A stretch of 64,000 nucleotides of DNA from Lama glama (Eukaryota): NCBI GenBank assembly GCA_028534125.1, contig CM052816.1, positions 76,324,001 through 76,388,000 on the forward strand, read 5' to 3'. The stretch's first letter is position 1. Each line of letters begins with the position of its first letter. The notes beneath the pieces were generated by a model. The model was not told the DNA's origin, searched no databases, and worked only from the letters and a program-made list of their open reading frames with translations. This document shows positions 39,590 through 54,130 of the stretch, one piece after another. A program made the translations under genes and the position numbers.

Positions 39590-40033
39590 ATCCTGCTCCC
39601 CCTTGGACCCCAGGTTCTGCTCTGTATTTCAGATGATCTTCCTTATTCTTGGGTCAGATAGCTTCTGGATGGGTTCAGCTAGTGGTAGGCACCACAGAAG
39701 ATTAGCAGGTAATAGAAAGGAGAGTCCAAGGCATTTTCCTCTCTCCCTTTGCCTCAAACATGTCCATCCACACCTGTGTCTCTCCCTGTCTCCAGCTCCC
39801 ACCCAACAGGCCCATCTAGCTTCCTCTGGGTGAGCCAAGATTCTGCATTCAGATAACCCCATCTCTTCCCTTTGTTCCAGTTTATGGGTGGTAACAGCTT
39901 CTGCTACTTCTAATCTCAGGGTCACCACACTTTCCTTTTGTTTGGAGTCTCTGCTCTGTCTCTTAAACCACTGCCACTTCTGTTTTAAATACTTGAAATG
40001 ATTATCTCTTCCTGGTTAGATCTTGACTTACTC
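39590..40033 (+). mobile_element. ERVL LTR (LTR33-like)
   Basis: gcttctggatgggttcagctagtggtaggcacc...tcttcctggttagatcttgacttactca. Confidence 0.65.
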
Positions 40034-40444
40034 ACTCCATTTCCTGTCTTCACTGGACAGTTGGTAGTCACACAGTCCTCTTACTTATCACACAGCCTCT
40101 GTTGTTATTGTCACCATCATTGACAATAAAATCTGTGTATTGCTGTCTGCAGGGCACAGTGCTCGGGTATAGATGGAATAAGGACTAAGTCCAAGTAGTG
40201 GAAATAGTAAGAATGGAAGGCACAAAGTTTGACACGTGTACCGGGGCTCTGAGTTCACAGATGGCCCCAAAGATGGGTCTTTCAGAATGAAGATACTAGG
40301 GAGGAGTGTTGAGGCCCCTGATTTCACCAGACTTGGAGATTTCATTTCTTCATTTCTTCATTCACATATGGTTATAGGCTCTAACCAAGTGCCAGGATCT
40401 TTGCCAGGCACTAGGATGAGGCATTTGGCAAGATAGAAACATAC

Positions 40445-40808
40445 AAGATGCAGGCATGGCTGCCTTAGCTTCTGGAAGCTCTAGGGGGAAATTCATTCTT
40501 TGTCTTTTCCAGCGTCTAGAAGTTGCCTGCATACTTGACTTGTAACCCTCTTCCATCTTCAAATCCAGTAATCATATCAGTCCAGGGCCTCTGCCTCTGT
40601 GACTCTGACTCTCCCCTCCACCTCTTTTACTTACAAGGATCCTTATGATTATGTGGGACCCACCCAGATCATCCAGGATAATCTCCTCATCGCCAAATCC
40701 TAAACTTAGTCACATCTACAGAGTCTCCTGCCTTGTAAAATAACATATTCCCAGGTTTCAGGGATTAGGATGTGGCCATTTAGGGGGATGATTATTCTGC
40801 CTACCGTA
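40445..40808 (-). mobile_element. MaLR LTR (MLT1C/D-like), partial
   Basis: ttctggaagctctagggggaaattcattc...atccaggataatctcctcatc...gggattaggatgtgg...attattctgcctacc. Confidence 0.8.
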
Positions 40809-42434
40809 CCCCTACCATGCCCCATGAAAGACTGGAGCAGTCACAGTCAGACTTTGCAAAGGAGATGCTAACAGCAATGGGTAAACCCCACACTTTAAGA
40901 TCAATATAAATTTACATCATTTCCCAACACCCCTCTTTTTGGGAAAGAGTTTTTCAAAATCAGAGAGGTGGTGAGATCCTTAGAAGTACTGATGGAACCA
41001 CTGAGTTCCTGGATGGACAATAGAAAACCTTTACCTGAGAACAGTTTTGCAGCATGTTTTATTTTGTTTTTGTTTTTGCTTTTGTTTTCCTTTTTAGAAG
41101 GATTTCTATGAAATTCCAAATTGGGTGACTTACAACAGCAAACAAGTGGGCAATAACAGGTGATGGTAACAATCTTTTTTAAGCAACTGAAAAGAGGTGC
41201 ATGCTCTGTATGCAGTGAGGGTAGAATAGTAAGCAGCTATGGGGCCAACCTGAACCCACACACTGTGGAACATCCTAACCACACTGATAGTCATGGGTAG
41301 CACCCCCTTCAGGTACTCAGAGGACAATGGCACAGACATGTGAAAAGAGATTTCTGGACTATAGATTCATATATTCCAAGTGACTCTTTACAATTTTCCT
41401 CTGAAGATTTTGAGCAGAAAGTGGAATTTTATGGGAAACAGAATGTAATCAAAAGAGTAAGGAATCAGAGGACTATTTCTAACCAGAAACAGGGGAGAAA
41501 AACGGATGCCTGAAAAAGCCCTCACTGAGACCTCCTTCCATTCAGGTCCTCTGATGTGTGACATGAGCCCTAGGACTTTTATGCAGATACATCTTGAGAG
41601 AACAGAAGTACTTCCTGGGGGAAAAACAGTGTTCTGCAAGCCTCAGTGTATTTGACATTTCTCAGCTCTGTTCAGGACAATTAAAGCCCAGTTTCAATTT
41701 TATTCTTGTTCAGAAATTTCCATTTACCCCCCTCTCTTCATTCCATGAGATTCCAGGAATGACTCTAAATGACATGTCTGAGAAGCTAAATTTAAATCAG
41801 TTGTCTGAATGTAGGACTGATGAAGAACTATAGTAACACTGATAACTGATGACAAGGATTGCATTGCTTTTTTTTTTCCAGTGACCTTAGGTAGCCTTTT
41901 AATTATCAAAGTGTCATGATGAATTATTTCACCAGAAGATTAAAGATTTCACATCTAGTTCCCAGTTCTAAATTTATGCATGTCGAGGGTAGAGATCATT
42001 CTCTTCAACCTAAGAAACAAAGTTTCCAATAAACAGTTTATCACATTTTAAATCATAGGGTAAGAAATGGGATAGAGCATAAGGTCTATTTTTCTCAGCA
42101 GTTTAATTCACAGGACTTGACTTAATTGAAATAAAGAAACTTTGTTTTCTTTTGTTTGCTAAACCCTCTCTTTTCCAAAATCTTTTCATTTCTGGGGATG
42201 GAGAGGTTTAGATTAATGACAGGTATCAGGGGAGAGACACAGGATTTGATGCTAACATAAGAAATGGAATAAGTAGGCTATGAATATTACATAGGATATG
42301 TTTGCATCCTTGCAGGTAATAATCCTGACTTTTTCACGTGAAAATGCATGCTTTCATGCTGATTTTCAAATTTACCATTTCTCAATTGAAATAAATGTCT
42401 GCTGAACATTTTATAGGACTGTGTAAAGAAGGGC

Positions 42435-42630
42435 CAATAATATTAGGTACCATTCATCTACTATATGGCAAGCACTTTTCTTGCATTAATATTAATACTC
42501 TCAACAACCTAACTAGATAATTGATACACTCACTATTTTATTATGAAGATATTGAAGATCAGAGTGCATTTCTAGTAAATAACTGAGCTGGGATTTCACC
42601 AAGAGAATTTAATCCTGAAGTTTTCCCTTT
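42435..42630 (-). mobile_element. MIR fragment
   Basis: tctactatatggcaagcact...ctctcaacaacct...gagctgggattt. Confidence 0.55.
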
Positions 42631-43641
42631 TTCTATAATGATTTGTTGTCTTTTTCAAGGGATATCACTGAAAATATTCTCCTACTTAAGAGGTGCAGTC
42701 ATCAGTGAATTAGCCAGGAACTGGAACTGAGTTAAGTTGATGCTCCTTTTTTTCCCCTCTCTGGCTGCATCCCTTTGCTCTCTTAAATTGGACTCGTTTC
42801 TCTTATCATTTAATCAGATTTCTTTACGCATAGCTGTTTTCTCCTTCCAGGAAAAACTAGAACAATTGAACTTGGTCATCCAAAGTCATGAGTTTTCATA
42901 GTCATACTCTTACTAATAGAACAAAATAGAAAAATACCCAGTTACAGTTTTGCAATATTATTGTCACCTCATTTTCTACTTATGAGAGGATTTGGATGTA
43001 ATACATGCAAGGGGCTGTGTTGGGGGTCACAAGTATGTGCACAGATGCAGCCACTCGAACTTTAGATGCTTAGCAGAAGTCAACAAATCAATCACAGAGT
43101 TCTCAGTATTCTTCATCTAGTGGTATCATTTAGTAACTAGTAATAGAATAAGCACCTGAAATTAAATGCATTTGTCTCACCTGATGTATGCTGGGTCTTG
43201 TTAGTGAAGTTTGTTTATTTGCTAATATGATGGCTGGGCTGCACGTTTAAGGAAGACAAAGGTAAATTCCATACCTAGAAGATGTCAAGGAGAGATCAAG
43301 GTTGGGAGGTTTCCAAACCATGGTGATCCGTAATCCCTATGGGGGCTTGAGAGGAAAGAGAAGCAGGTGGGCTCAATGCCTGCAATCAAGCTTCAGATAA
43401 AGCAACTCTGCATCTATATATATTCTATATATTATATATGGGCTTCCATGTAGGATTTTATTATAAAATTAATTTTACAGCTAAAAATAGTTTTTAAATT
43501 GGTTATTTCTGTTCACTCCTCTGAAGATACTGATGGTCCCCAGGGACACAGCTACTCAGTTTATGCTAGAATTTTTTATCTTCATCTTTTTCCTAGGTTA
43601 GCTGGTACCTGTGGAAAATATTTTATATATATATATATATG

Positions 43642-43758
43642 TTTTTTTTAACTTTTTTTGTTGAGTTATAGTCATTTTACAATGTTGTGTCAAATTCCAG
43701 TATAGAGCAGAATTTTTCAGTTATTCATGAACATATGTATATTCATTGTCACATTTTT
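43642..43758 (-). mobile_element. Short young L1 3' end
   Basis: T-tract followed by gagttatagtcattttacaatgttgtgtcaaattccagt; flanking repeat aaaatatt; adjacent (TA)n. Confidence 0.85.
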
Positions 43759-44599
43759 AAATAAAATATTATTGATTAAGGTTTATTATTTTTCTAAACA
43801 CTTCATTATTGATTTTTGACTGCAAAGATGCTCTTTTTTGTTCTTTTGGACACATCCTTCTCTTTGGAACTGTGCTTCCAAGTTTAGGTTATAAAATTGA
43901 AATCCTTTGAGAGAATTTCTGAATAGTCTTTTTTTTTTTTTTCTAGAGGAGGTTTTCTAGAAATTAAAAAAAAAAAAGAAGTAACTGCAGGGTTAAGCTT
44001 TGCTTACGTGTTTTTTATATAGCTCAGATGTGATAAGATAGTTTCCTCCCCCAAAAATCCCCAGACACTTACGTTTGTCAAGTATGCCTTTGCTCTCGAG
44101 TTGTAATGATGTCTTCTAGAAAAATCAATAATGTTGTACTCTGAAAATTCCATGGTCAAGTTTTCTTCTGTTCTTTAGAACACGTAGTCTCTTCAAGTTT
44201 GCTTATTTTTCCAAGTAAGCAATGTGTTGAGATGAAATATATATATATGATTTGTTTGACTAAAGAAATTTAAATAGGTGTCTTTGTTTTGAGAATGCTT
44301 TCCAGACATTACATTGATATGTATTTTAAACAGCATTTATCCTACGGGAGCTCCCAAGACCTGTTGTTTACAATAAGAGCCATTCTGATGCTTGCTATTT
44401 CTTGCCAAATACTTAGGCTTCCAACCAATTTTTGTGTTTCTCCTTGGGGATGCAAATACAGAACAGGGAATGGGAGATAAAAAGGAAACTAAATACTGTT
44501 TCAATATTTTCTCTTTTCTTTCCCCTGATTTCTGTTAATATTCATAAAGCATATTGGGACATCAAAATGGGAAATGGAATATAATAGTAATAATTTAAA

Positions 44600-44790
44600 A
44601 AATAAACCTGGGTCAGAATTTGGGTTTGAATTTCAGTTTCACTATTTACCAACTGTGTGGGTTAAAGCAAATTACTATATCTCTTTAAAGCTTTTTTCCT
44701 TGTAAAATGGAGATTGTAATACATATATGAAATGGGTATTAAACTTCTATTCCTAATGCATAATGGGTATTCAGAAAAATGATAATTGAG
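44600..44790 (+). mobile_element. MIR
   Basis: gtcagaatttgggtttgaatttcagtttcactatttaccaactgtgtg...tgtaaaatggagatt. Confidence 0.6.
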
Positions 44791-45526
44791 TATGAATGTG
44801 ATTTTATAAATAACGAAAGATCAGTTCACTCCCAAATACATTTTTTCACCACCATAGATAGAACTAGAGTGAGTCATTTTGCATTACATGAAAATTACAA
44901 CATACATTAAGTTATAGGTATCTGGGGAATGAAGTAATAAATATGCAGGAGCAAACCTACCTTATGTAGGTTGAGGCATTTATCACACAAGATAGCAGAG
45001 CATAGCCCTGAATAGATGGACACCAGGATGTGTAACTTTTGGTAGAGAAGTGAAAGATCAAGAAAAACATGACTTGGAACTGAGAGCATACCAGCTATGA
45101 GTTGGTAACTAAATCTAAGAGCAATAGTTATTCATAAAGAACTTACCAAAATTAAGGACAGGATAACTGAAAGGAAAAATTAACAAGAGCTTCAAGATAA
45201 ATTATATTAGCTACCTGATTTCTCTACCATGTAGTAGAGAAACAGGGCAGAAAGGGACTAACACTTATTGAACTATATGTTACAGAAATTGTGTTAAGTG
45301 CTTTTGGCATGTAAGAATAAAATCATTCTGTAAATCCTCTTCTGATTGGTAATGGGAAAAAGCAATCCTCTTATGCTACCAGAAGGATGCTACTGGCAAA
45401 ATAATTTGTTTTGTTATATGTGTATTTTAAATACAAAATAACCTAAATTTTATTCTCTTTTATACATATATCCATGGGCATAGAAATAAGTGGAAGATCT
45501 TAATAGATGGGAATCATTAATAAAGT

Positions 45527-45991
45527 GGTATTAGTTTGCTAGAGCTGCCCTAACAAAGCATTCCACACAGACTGGGTGGCTTAAACAGAAATTTATTTTC
45601 TCACAGTTTTGGAAGCTTGAAGTCCAAAACCAAGGTGTTGGTAGGGTTGATTTCTTCTGAGGGTCACGAGGGAAGGATCTGTTCTAGGCTTCTCTTCTTG
45701 ACTTTACAGATGGATAATCTTTCCCTGTGTCTTCATGTTGACTTCCCTCTGTGTGTGCCTCTGTCCAAATCTTCTTTGTCAGCATCTTATTGGAGCCCAC
45801 GCTGGTGATCTCATTTAACTTAATTATCTCTTCAAAGACCCTATCTCCAAACCACAGTAGCATTCTGAGGTACTGTGATGAATTTGTCTGATTCCTTAAA
45901 ATTATAACCATAGTAGTAACAGTCCCAGTTGAGTCAGTCAGAACTTCAACACATAATTCTGGGGCTGGGGGACACAAATCAGCCCATAATA
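45527..45991 (-). mobile_element. MaLR LTR (MLT1A/B-like) with a ~60-bp internal insertion
   Basis: gtattagtttgctagagctgccctaacaaag...gagggaaggatctgttctaggc...gacacaaatcagcccataa. Confidence 0.85.
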
Positions 45992-46769
45992 ACTATATTC
46001 CTCATTTCTCTTCTCCGCAATTCCTAGCAAGAATCGACTTGTTCATGAGAGATGCTCCATACATACTGAATAATAATTCAAGAACTCTCTGCATAAAATA
46101 TACAGAATAAAAATTTGTTGTCCTGAAGATCCCATAAAGAAATACTGTTCTAAGTTAAGTCAAAGCAGAAACCATCCACATTGGCATACTCTGGGCATTT
46201 GAACCAGGCCAGACCACAAAAGCTAATTTAGGTTTGAGGACTGGATGAAATGATTACTTGGATATAAGATCATTTCCTCTTCACTTTACAACCAAACCAG
46301 AAACAATCAGAAATACACAACAGATCAGGGCTATCTAGATGTGTGGACATGGCTCTCTGTCACCTCTCTTTATTCTTCCCCAAAACATGCCCAGGGTTGG
46401 TGGGCTCACCAGGAAGACTGAAAATCTGTCAGTTCAGAGGATTCTCGACTGTAGTTTATTCACACTCTTTTAAACTGAAGGTGGTGGATATGGATGAGGG
46501 TGATAGAGGTGTGGAACTTCAATATTCAAGAACCCACTCTATTTCAATAAAGAAATGCTTGCTGAATCACAATTACATACTTCCAAGTTCCATTTCTTAC
46601 TGTGTCATTGGGTCTCCTGAGGTTTCAGGGAATAGGCATGCCCTATTACCATTTTCAAATGAAGCAAAAAAATTGAGCATGTAAAATATGAAAAACACTT
46701 TGTAAAAAGTAAAGTGCTATACCAATCATCTGTTTTGAATGTTGTAAGTAAGTAAGTCAGCTATAACTT

Positions 46770-46890
46770 TCATTCTTCATTAAAAATGTAGATATATACA
46801 TTGGATATTGACTATGTTCTAGATACTCTGCTAAAGATTGAGGATACAGAAGTCAAAAAGACAGATGTGATCTCTTTTTAATGTGATGTA
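46770..46890 (-). mobile_element. L2 3' fragment
   Basis: actatgttctagatactctgctaaagattgaggatacagaag. Confidence 0.5.
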
Positions 46891-48679
46891 CAGTACAGCA
46901 ACTTTGACATAAATTTCATAATGCTAGTCTTATCAACACTATGTATATACTACTATAAACAGTTGTAAAAAAGGCTCCATGAGCTCCCAGTATGGCAACA
47001 ATTTAATGGGTTGGCTTCCCTAATTCCAGGATGCTAAAACAAAATATACTTAGTGGTACCATCCCATTCTTCCCTCTTCTTTATTTACAGAGGACACTCT
47101 GTCTCCAAGTGCAGAAAGTTTTCTTTGCCAGTTTCTGCATACCTTTCCATAGCTGTATATTCTGACACCTTTCAATCTTCTGTAGCTTCTCTTTACTAGG
47201 GGTAGGCAATTTCTAGGACTGGTCCTTTAAGGAGAATCCAGATGTCCCTGAGTGTTGGCCTAGGAAATGGCAGGTGGAGAATGCAAAAGCAGGGACCTTA
47301 CATCATGCTGTACCAGTCAATCAAGAGTGGGGAATACTGAAACTCTCCATCCTGCAGTGTTGTCACAGAGGTTTAGATGTATGCATAAACCTTCTACTCA
47401 TGGATAGGAAAACTGGGATTATGGCTGTTATGGTTATAATTTTTTTTAAATTAGACCAATTCATCAGTCTCAGAAAATTACAATAAAAGATTAAGGGTAA
47501 TTAATTGCATTAAATATTTTGATCTCATAGTCAACCAATCTAACACTCAGAGAATGTATCAGTGCTTTAGGCCAATAGTTTTTTAATTGAGGTCTGATGA
47601 ACTTCTTTCTGTCCCTCTTCTGTCAAGACAAAATAGTTAGAGCTGCAAAGAATGTGCACCAATGTCGTTTACCCTTCTTCCCTGCCGACAAATTAAATCT
47701 AAGGAACAAAGTCATCATTCCCCAGGCTGAAGGGAAGGTTTTAAGTGGAATTCTGTGTGCTGTGAATTATCTTCAACAGTAAATTATTATACCAATAAGC
47801 CATTAAAGTTTGCTATAATTGGAGAGGTTAGGGTTAGTACAATTCTTATCCAAGTCTAAGTGTCAATGGTAGCCTCTGTCCTGTAGTAGCTTGAAGTGTA
47901 CATCATGTGCCTTCTGAGAAAAGGAAAGTTCTTGTGGTTTTTCTCTTTCCCATTGCACTCTAGGGTGATCTGAGCATCAGTTAAAAATTCCTGTCAAAAA
48001 TAAATACTGAGAGTTCAAAAGTTCATCGTCTCTAAAGACCCAACAAAGAATAATCTGTTCTAATTCTCTTATTTGGGCATGTATTAGAGCTCTTAGAGAT
48101 TCTGGTTATGTCTTTTGAGTCTTATGACTTCTGATGCTTTCTGTAATGATGCAAAGAGAGAAATTCCAATCTACTGTATTGTAGTATGTTACATTCGAGT
48201 TGACACCTCTCTTCTCACGTGGATATCTATTTGGTGGAAATTATTGCCATGTCACTGATAATCTTGGCTGCATTCGCATGGGTAAACGAGGGGTTACATT
48301 TGTTGTGTGATACGTGGATAAGAGGAGCAACTGGTTCAGTTGTGAGTAGTAATCTTCATGCAGAACAATTTTCCCCCAAATTTCCAAATATTGATTTACT
48401 ATCAAGAATTTTTCAAATACCTAGTCTCCGGCTATTGCTCAGTTATTCAGCCACCCATCCTCCCTTGAGCCCATCTCCACCTCCCCTGAGTGCCCTCCTC
48501 AGTCAGGATCTGCCTTCTCCACGGACACCTCCTCTCTCACTCCAACCATCTAAAGAGCTTGCTAGCTGAAGCAGGATTGGTGCAGTTTCAAGTTCTCCTG
48601 GTCGCTGATGTCCTGTGTTTCCTATTTGGATTTCTTGCCTTTTTCTGACCCATTGTTTTTCCCCATTCTCTTCCTCTTC

Positions 48680-48890
48680 ATTTTATTTTTTATTGAAGTA
48701 TAGTTGATTTACAATGTTGTGTTAGTTTCTGGTGTACAGCACAATGGTTCAGTTATACATTTGTGTATAATCTTTTTCATTATACATTATTACAAGGTAT
48801 TGATATGGTTCCCTGTGATATTTACTAGGGCCTTGTTGTTAATCTATTTTATATATAGTAATACATATCTATTAATCCCGAACTCCTAAT
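48680..48890 (-). mobile_element. Short L1 3' end
   Basis: ttattgaagtatagttgatttacaatgttgtgttagtttctggtgtacagca...ttaatcccgaactcctaat. Confidence 0.9.
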
Positions 48891-50688
48891 CTGTCTATTC
48901 TTTTGAAGCTTGAGAGAATGAGTTAATCAACACCGCTCGTATGAGAGTGTGTGAGCTCATGTTTGTTAATAGAGGGCAGAGGGATACATCAGGCTGACTC
49001 ACCACTGAGGCAAGACATTTTCACTTTTGCCTAAGACAAGAATGATATGCAGATGAGTTTGCATCTGGACACACTACCAATTAATCACTATGATGACATT
49101 CAAATAGTTATTCTGCATCATCAATGTTTAAAACAAATCTTTATGTTTTAGAGATGAAACTCATAACTTTTTGTTTTCTTTTCAAATATTCACTGGAATT
49201 ACAGAGCTTATTAGCAACTGAATTATTGGGAATAAACTATCAAAGATGCAAGGAAAATTTCCACCTCTAGGGAATGAAAATATAATAGGTGGGTTAGAAA
49301 AATATGCATGAAAATTCAGATACAAATTGAATAATCCAATTCAGTGATACAGTTCCTGGAACTTACCTGGGCAGATAAAATTGCTGGTTTGATAAGACTA
49401 AAGGAGAAAAAGAAGTAGCCAAATTAGATGCCAAATAATAAGTACTTAAACACACATATTTAGTTCCTGGTTAACTCCACGGATTTTCACTGAGAACCTG
49501 GTTGTTCTTAGTTTATGTACAGTATTAATAAACTTGATCATATCTTATTCCAACTGTTAGCAGACTAAAAGCAACTAGTTAGAAAGTGGAATACCATCCA
49601 TGTGCAAGAACTTTAAGAATATCAAGGAGTAGAAGTAGACTACTTAGCAATCAGACAATAAGCAGAATAATTCAAGATTTAAATGCCCACACGAATCACA
49701 TCCTGAATACTCCCACAGCCTCCCACAAGCCATGCAGAATCAATATTTCAGAACACAGTCCAGAAATTTATGGGTATAACAGTGACCCTCAGTTATCAAG
49801 GAGAAGTTTAATGCATCATCTGTGTGAATTTATTTGAAAAGTTTTCAATTCAAAATAAGTTATTGTTATTATTTATACTTAATTAGTTAAATCTTCACTA
49901 ATCCCAAAGATTGTATACTCCAAAATGGCTTTTCATAAATTTAATTTAAGGCAAAATTACAGGAGTCATCGTACAAGGCACTGTGTAAATTAAGCATCAA
50001 GTATGTGGCAGTCATAATATTCTTGTTAGAGCCAGGACCATCTCCAGCAGATGCTGTTTCTGGGATATACACTGAAAACTAAGCACAATTTTGCCAAGTT
50101 CCTCAATAGCACTTTCAGCTAAAATTTTTCTGGAAATGCCATAAAAAACAAACCGAAGAGAGAAAGGTCTAGGATGAACCTCACAGGACCAGCTCTGTGA
50201 TAGGATATTGAACAACTTCAGATACTCCCATAACTCTCCTTGGTGGGGAAGAGGGGCATCGTCTGCTAGAACTATGAAGGCCAGAACAGGTTTAAAACAA
50301 TGATCTTTAAACTTTACTTGCTGCCAGAGTTGTATCTCTAACCTTACCTATTTTCTCTCGGGAAATAATTATCTCAGTGAAGAGCAGAAGGAATATCTAC
50401 AATCTGTACTTTTGCCCAAGACGTCAAAGATGATTCATTCTCCTAAAGCAGAGAGAGGCAGAGGATGGCTCTTTGGCCAGACAACTGCCTACCTGCTGCT
50501 TCACAAGGGAGGTTCATGAATAATCATTTCCAGCATTGCCTCTCTGAAGTTTCTGGTATTTATTTCTCTCAGAAGACCTTGGTGCCTTGGCAGCTGGATA
50601 GCTGTATGATTCTGACTCAATCATCTCAATTAACAGGTTTTGTCAGAGGATCTGTTCAACCTAATTTTGGCAGCATTGATGGAACACC

Positions 50689-50860
50689 TTTTTTTTTTTA
50701 ATTGAAGTATAGTTGATTTACAATATGTTAGTTTCAGATGTAAGACATAGTGATTTAATATTTTTATGGATTATACTTAAACTTATTATAAAATATTGGC
50801 TATATTCTCTGTGCTGTATAATATATCCTGTAAGCATATGTTTTTTACACTTAGTAGTAT
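50689..50860 (-). mobile_element. Short L1 3' end
   Basis: T-tract followed by aattgaagtatagttgatttacaat...ttggctatattctctgtgctgta. Confidence 0.85.
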
Positions 50861-52054
50861 GCCATTTTTTTAGGACATATCTGTGAAAGAAGTTGTATTG
50901 AAAACCACATTAAAGCAATATACTTCTGCCATACCACACAAATTGAATTCTAACCATCTCTGTTTAAAGAAAATTCAGAGATTAGATGAGAAACTGTGTA
51001 TTCATGTGCATTTTGGTACATTTGATAGCTGTTACAAGACATTATAGTTTAAAGTTAATGCCTGTGTCACTGACTCAATTTAGTTAATTTGTTTCTATTT
51101 GTTCAGATATAAATAAAGTGCTCTATTTTCCCCATCTGTGAGAAATTCATTAATTTTTAGGAAAAAATTAAAAGTGTTCATAAAAAAAACACACAAGAGA
51201 AAACTATTAAGTTAGCTTCTATAAAAACACTGAAGATTTTATTAAGCTCCCAGAAAGTTTTCATTTAGGTTTTATAGGAATTTGGGGGAATGCTTATAAG
51301 GATTTTAACTGGTATTTTTCCCTTCATCATAGCTACAAAATTGCTCTCACATTTGAAATTCACCAATTACTAGTTCTCAGATTATTTTCATGTTATTCCT
51401 GGTATTTATTTTCAGTATGGTAATATGGTTTAAAGGCCTAAGGAAAAGTTGTTTAATTAATACATATTCATATTTGGTGATAATTAAAACAGTATAATTT
51501 GTAGTTTAATAGAAAATTATTTTTCTGTTGTATTTTCTCAAGAAGGAATTGTCTATATTTCTAATTTTTATATTAGTATATTTGGGGTCCAAGTTTATTT
51601 TCTTAAAATATCACAGCACTCTTGCATAATAAAAGTCAGTCAATAGATGAAATTTAATAAAAAGGAATAAAATTTATGGAAGAATAGATATAAGAAAAAT
51701 GCTTATGATGTAGGAATATGTTTTTATTTATTGTGTCCATTGCATTGGTTATTGTTGCATCGGGGCACATAGTACTGGGGAACGTGTTTTTAAGATTTTT
51801 AACAAAATACTAAAACTCTTTGAAGGCTAAAAAGTACCTTTTATTTCTCTGCAATCTAATACCGAGTACAGTAATTGATAGATTATATACACACAGTATA
51901 ATTTTTGTATTTCTAACGACTATAATTTGCTAAAAATTTTTAAAAATAATCTCATCATTCATTTACTCATCCATTCTTTAACAATGAATGCATGTTATTT
52001 AAATCCCTTCTACATGCCAAACTTCATATTTTATGTTACAGAAAAAAAAAGATT

Positions 52055-52440
52055 AATGAGGACACAATGTTTAAACTGTTCAGAATGCTTAAAATAATAA
52101 CAAAAATAGTCTCTTTTCCAAGCCACTCTATCAGACAAGCATAGTCCTGATACAAAAACAGGATAAGAATAGCATAAACAAAAAGGAAACTATAAACTCA
52201 CCTCACTCATAAATAAACAAAATTATAAATAACAATTGAGCACATAAAAATCATTAAGCAGTGATATATTGAATGAATAATGTACCATGGACAAAGAATT
52301 TATCTCAGAAAATGGAAGCATGGTTCAACATCAGAAAATCTATCATTGCCACTTACTACCTTATGATATCAAAGAATAAAAAAAATAATACAAAACATTA
52401 TATAAAAGATGATTTAAAAGCATTAATATAAAACAGCCTG
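52055..52440 (+). mobile_element. Old L1 ORF2 fragment
   Basis: cctgatacaaaaacagg...ggaaactataaac...tggttcaacatcagaaaatc correspond to decayed LIPKP / ENYRP / WFNIRKS motifs. Confidence 0.6.
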
Positions 52441-52644
52441 GGTAGACTGAAGATTAAATATATATTAATCTATGAATGAATTAGGTGAAAATAAAAATGT
52501 TTAAAATTGTAATGGGAAACATAAACTAATACCACATTCAGAAGATGTGAAAGAGAATATAGACTTACTTGCTTGAAAGTTAAAAGCAAGAGACAGTTTG
52601 CACAGAGAAAGGTACCATAAGTTAAAATGTAAGTTACAGATTTT

Positions 52645-54130
52645 TACTTCTGGATAAGACAGAGTAAACACCCCTTTGTCTTCCATTGAACTAAACTATA
52701 AAATCTGGACAGAATGCTTGGTCAGGGAACTCTGAGAAGTAAATATAAAAAGACAGATTGGGGAAGAACACCAGAATTCAAAATACCACTGAGCCAACTG
52801 TGAGTTTGCCATTTTTTTTTTCCTCTTCTGGTATCCCTTGACCAGAACTCAGCACATTTCAAAACCCAGAAATGAGCACAATGGTGAAGAGAGAGATGTA
52901 GGAGAAACCTAGTTCTAGCTCAAGGAACCAAAAAGCAAACTCCTAAGACTCAAATACAGTTGGTGGTGGGGAGTATTTCTTGGAATTCTTTTCCCCTTCT
53001 TTTTCTTCAGTATTTAGGAAGAATGGTAATGGGAGAGAAGAATGTTTGATTGATTGATTGATTGTTATTAATCATTTCTTGAAGAAAAAAAATTCTTTCC
53101 TTGAAGGAGATAATGTGGCATAAAATCCAGTGTGTTCTAGAAATATCAATGGCTTTTCCAGGACATAGCATTTCAAATATCAAAATATATGGTAAACAGA
53201 CAGATAAGGAGAAGGCAACATGCCCCCTGTGTACAGTACAATATTTAAATAACAGAGTAAGCACCACTAAGCACAACTGACATTTGAGAAACCAGCAGGA
53301 GCCAAAACTTAGAGGGAGGTGAAGCTTCCTGTCCATCAGTTGAGCTGTGTGGCTCCAGTAAGGTGCCACCAGACCTGCTGTGGTGATTTTTTTTCCTTGT
53401 CTCTCTGTTCTGCTCTGTGTTACCCTGAAGAGTGGAAGGGGGCAGTTTCTGGTTGGAAGTCTGGAAAGGGCAGCCTCTGGGAGAGGAATATGCCTGGGAG
53501 ATAATGATGAGGAAGAGCTGGGAGTGGTCACTCTGTAAAGTTGTTTGTGAACTCCTGGGCTCACCCCCAATTTGCATTGTACCAGAAGGACATGGCATGA
53601 TACCTTTAAAGTGCTGAAAGAAAAGAAGTGATAACTCAGAATTTTATATCAGTGAAAATGGCCTTCAGGACTTAAGGTGAAATAAAGGCATTCTCAGATG
53701 AAAGGAAACTAAGAGTAGTTGTTGGCAGCAGATCTGCTTTAAAAGAATTGCTGAAGGAAGTTCGTCAGACAGAAGGAAACGATACCAGAAGGAAACTTGG
53801 AGCATCAGGGATGGAGACAGAAACACGAAGGGAAGATATCTAGGTATATAGAATACGTTATTTTTCTCCTCTCAGATTTTACAGAATGTGTTTGATGGGT
53901 GAAAGCATAAAATATAACATTCTCAGATGGGAGTTTCAATATATGTAGAGGTAATACATTAGCTGTAGCATAAAGACAAGAAGTTAAGGGAAATTTACAG
54001 TTTCTACATTTCTACATTAGGTAGTCAAATACCGATTCTAAATAGACTGTGAAAAAATAAATTGTTTAATTCTTAGAATAAGCTCTGAAAAACTTATATA
54101 TAGTCAAAATGATTACAAGAAAGATATTTA
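52645..54130 (+). mobile_element. Old L1M 5' region plus ORF1 C-terminus (internally deleted or interrupted)
   Basis: 53600-53770 reads FKVLKEK..RILY..GEIKAFSDERKLR..ALKELLKEV; an L1M-type 5' end begins acttctggataagac. Confidence 0.7.

Noticed and set aside
43929..43977. T-run / TCTAGA...TCTAGA / A-run potential hairpin
   Set aside because: Low-complexity homopolymer pairing with no miRNA-like or MITE features.
45875..45892. gTGATGA...CTGA resembling snoRNA C/D boxes
   Set aside because: The boxes are only about 6 nt apart with no terminal stem, which is too short for a snoRNA.
47091..47201. Strong acceptor plus gtaggc donor (possible + strand exon)
   Set aside because: All three frames contain stops and there is no other support.
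53007..53617. Longest ORFs in the track (187 aa, 117 aa)
   Set aside because: They overlap a decayed L1M 5' region in several frames on both strands and have no recognisable domain.
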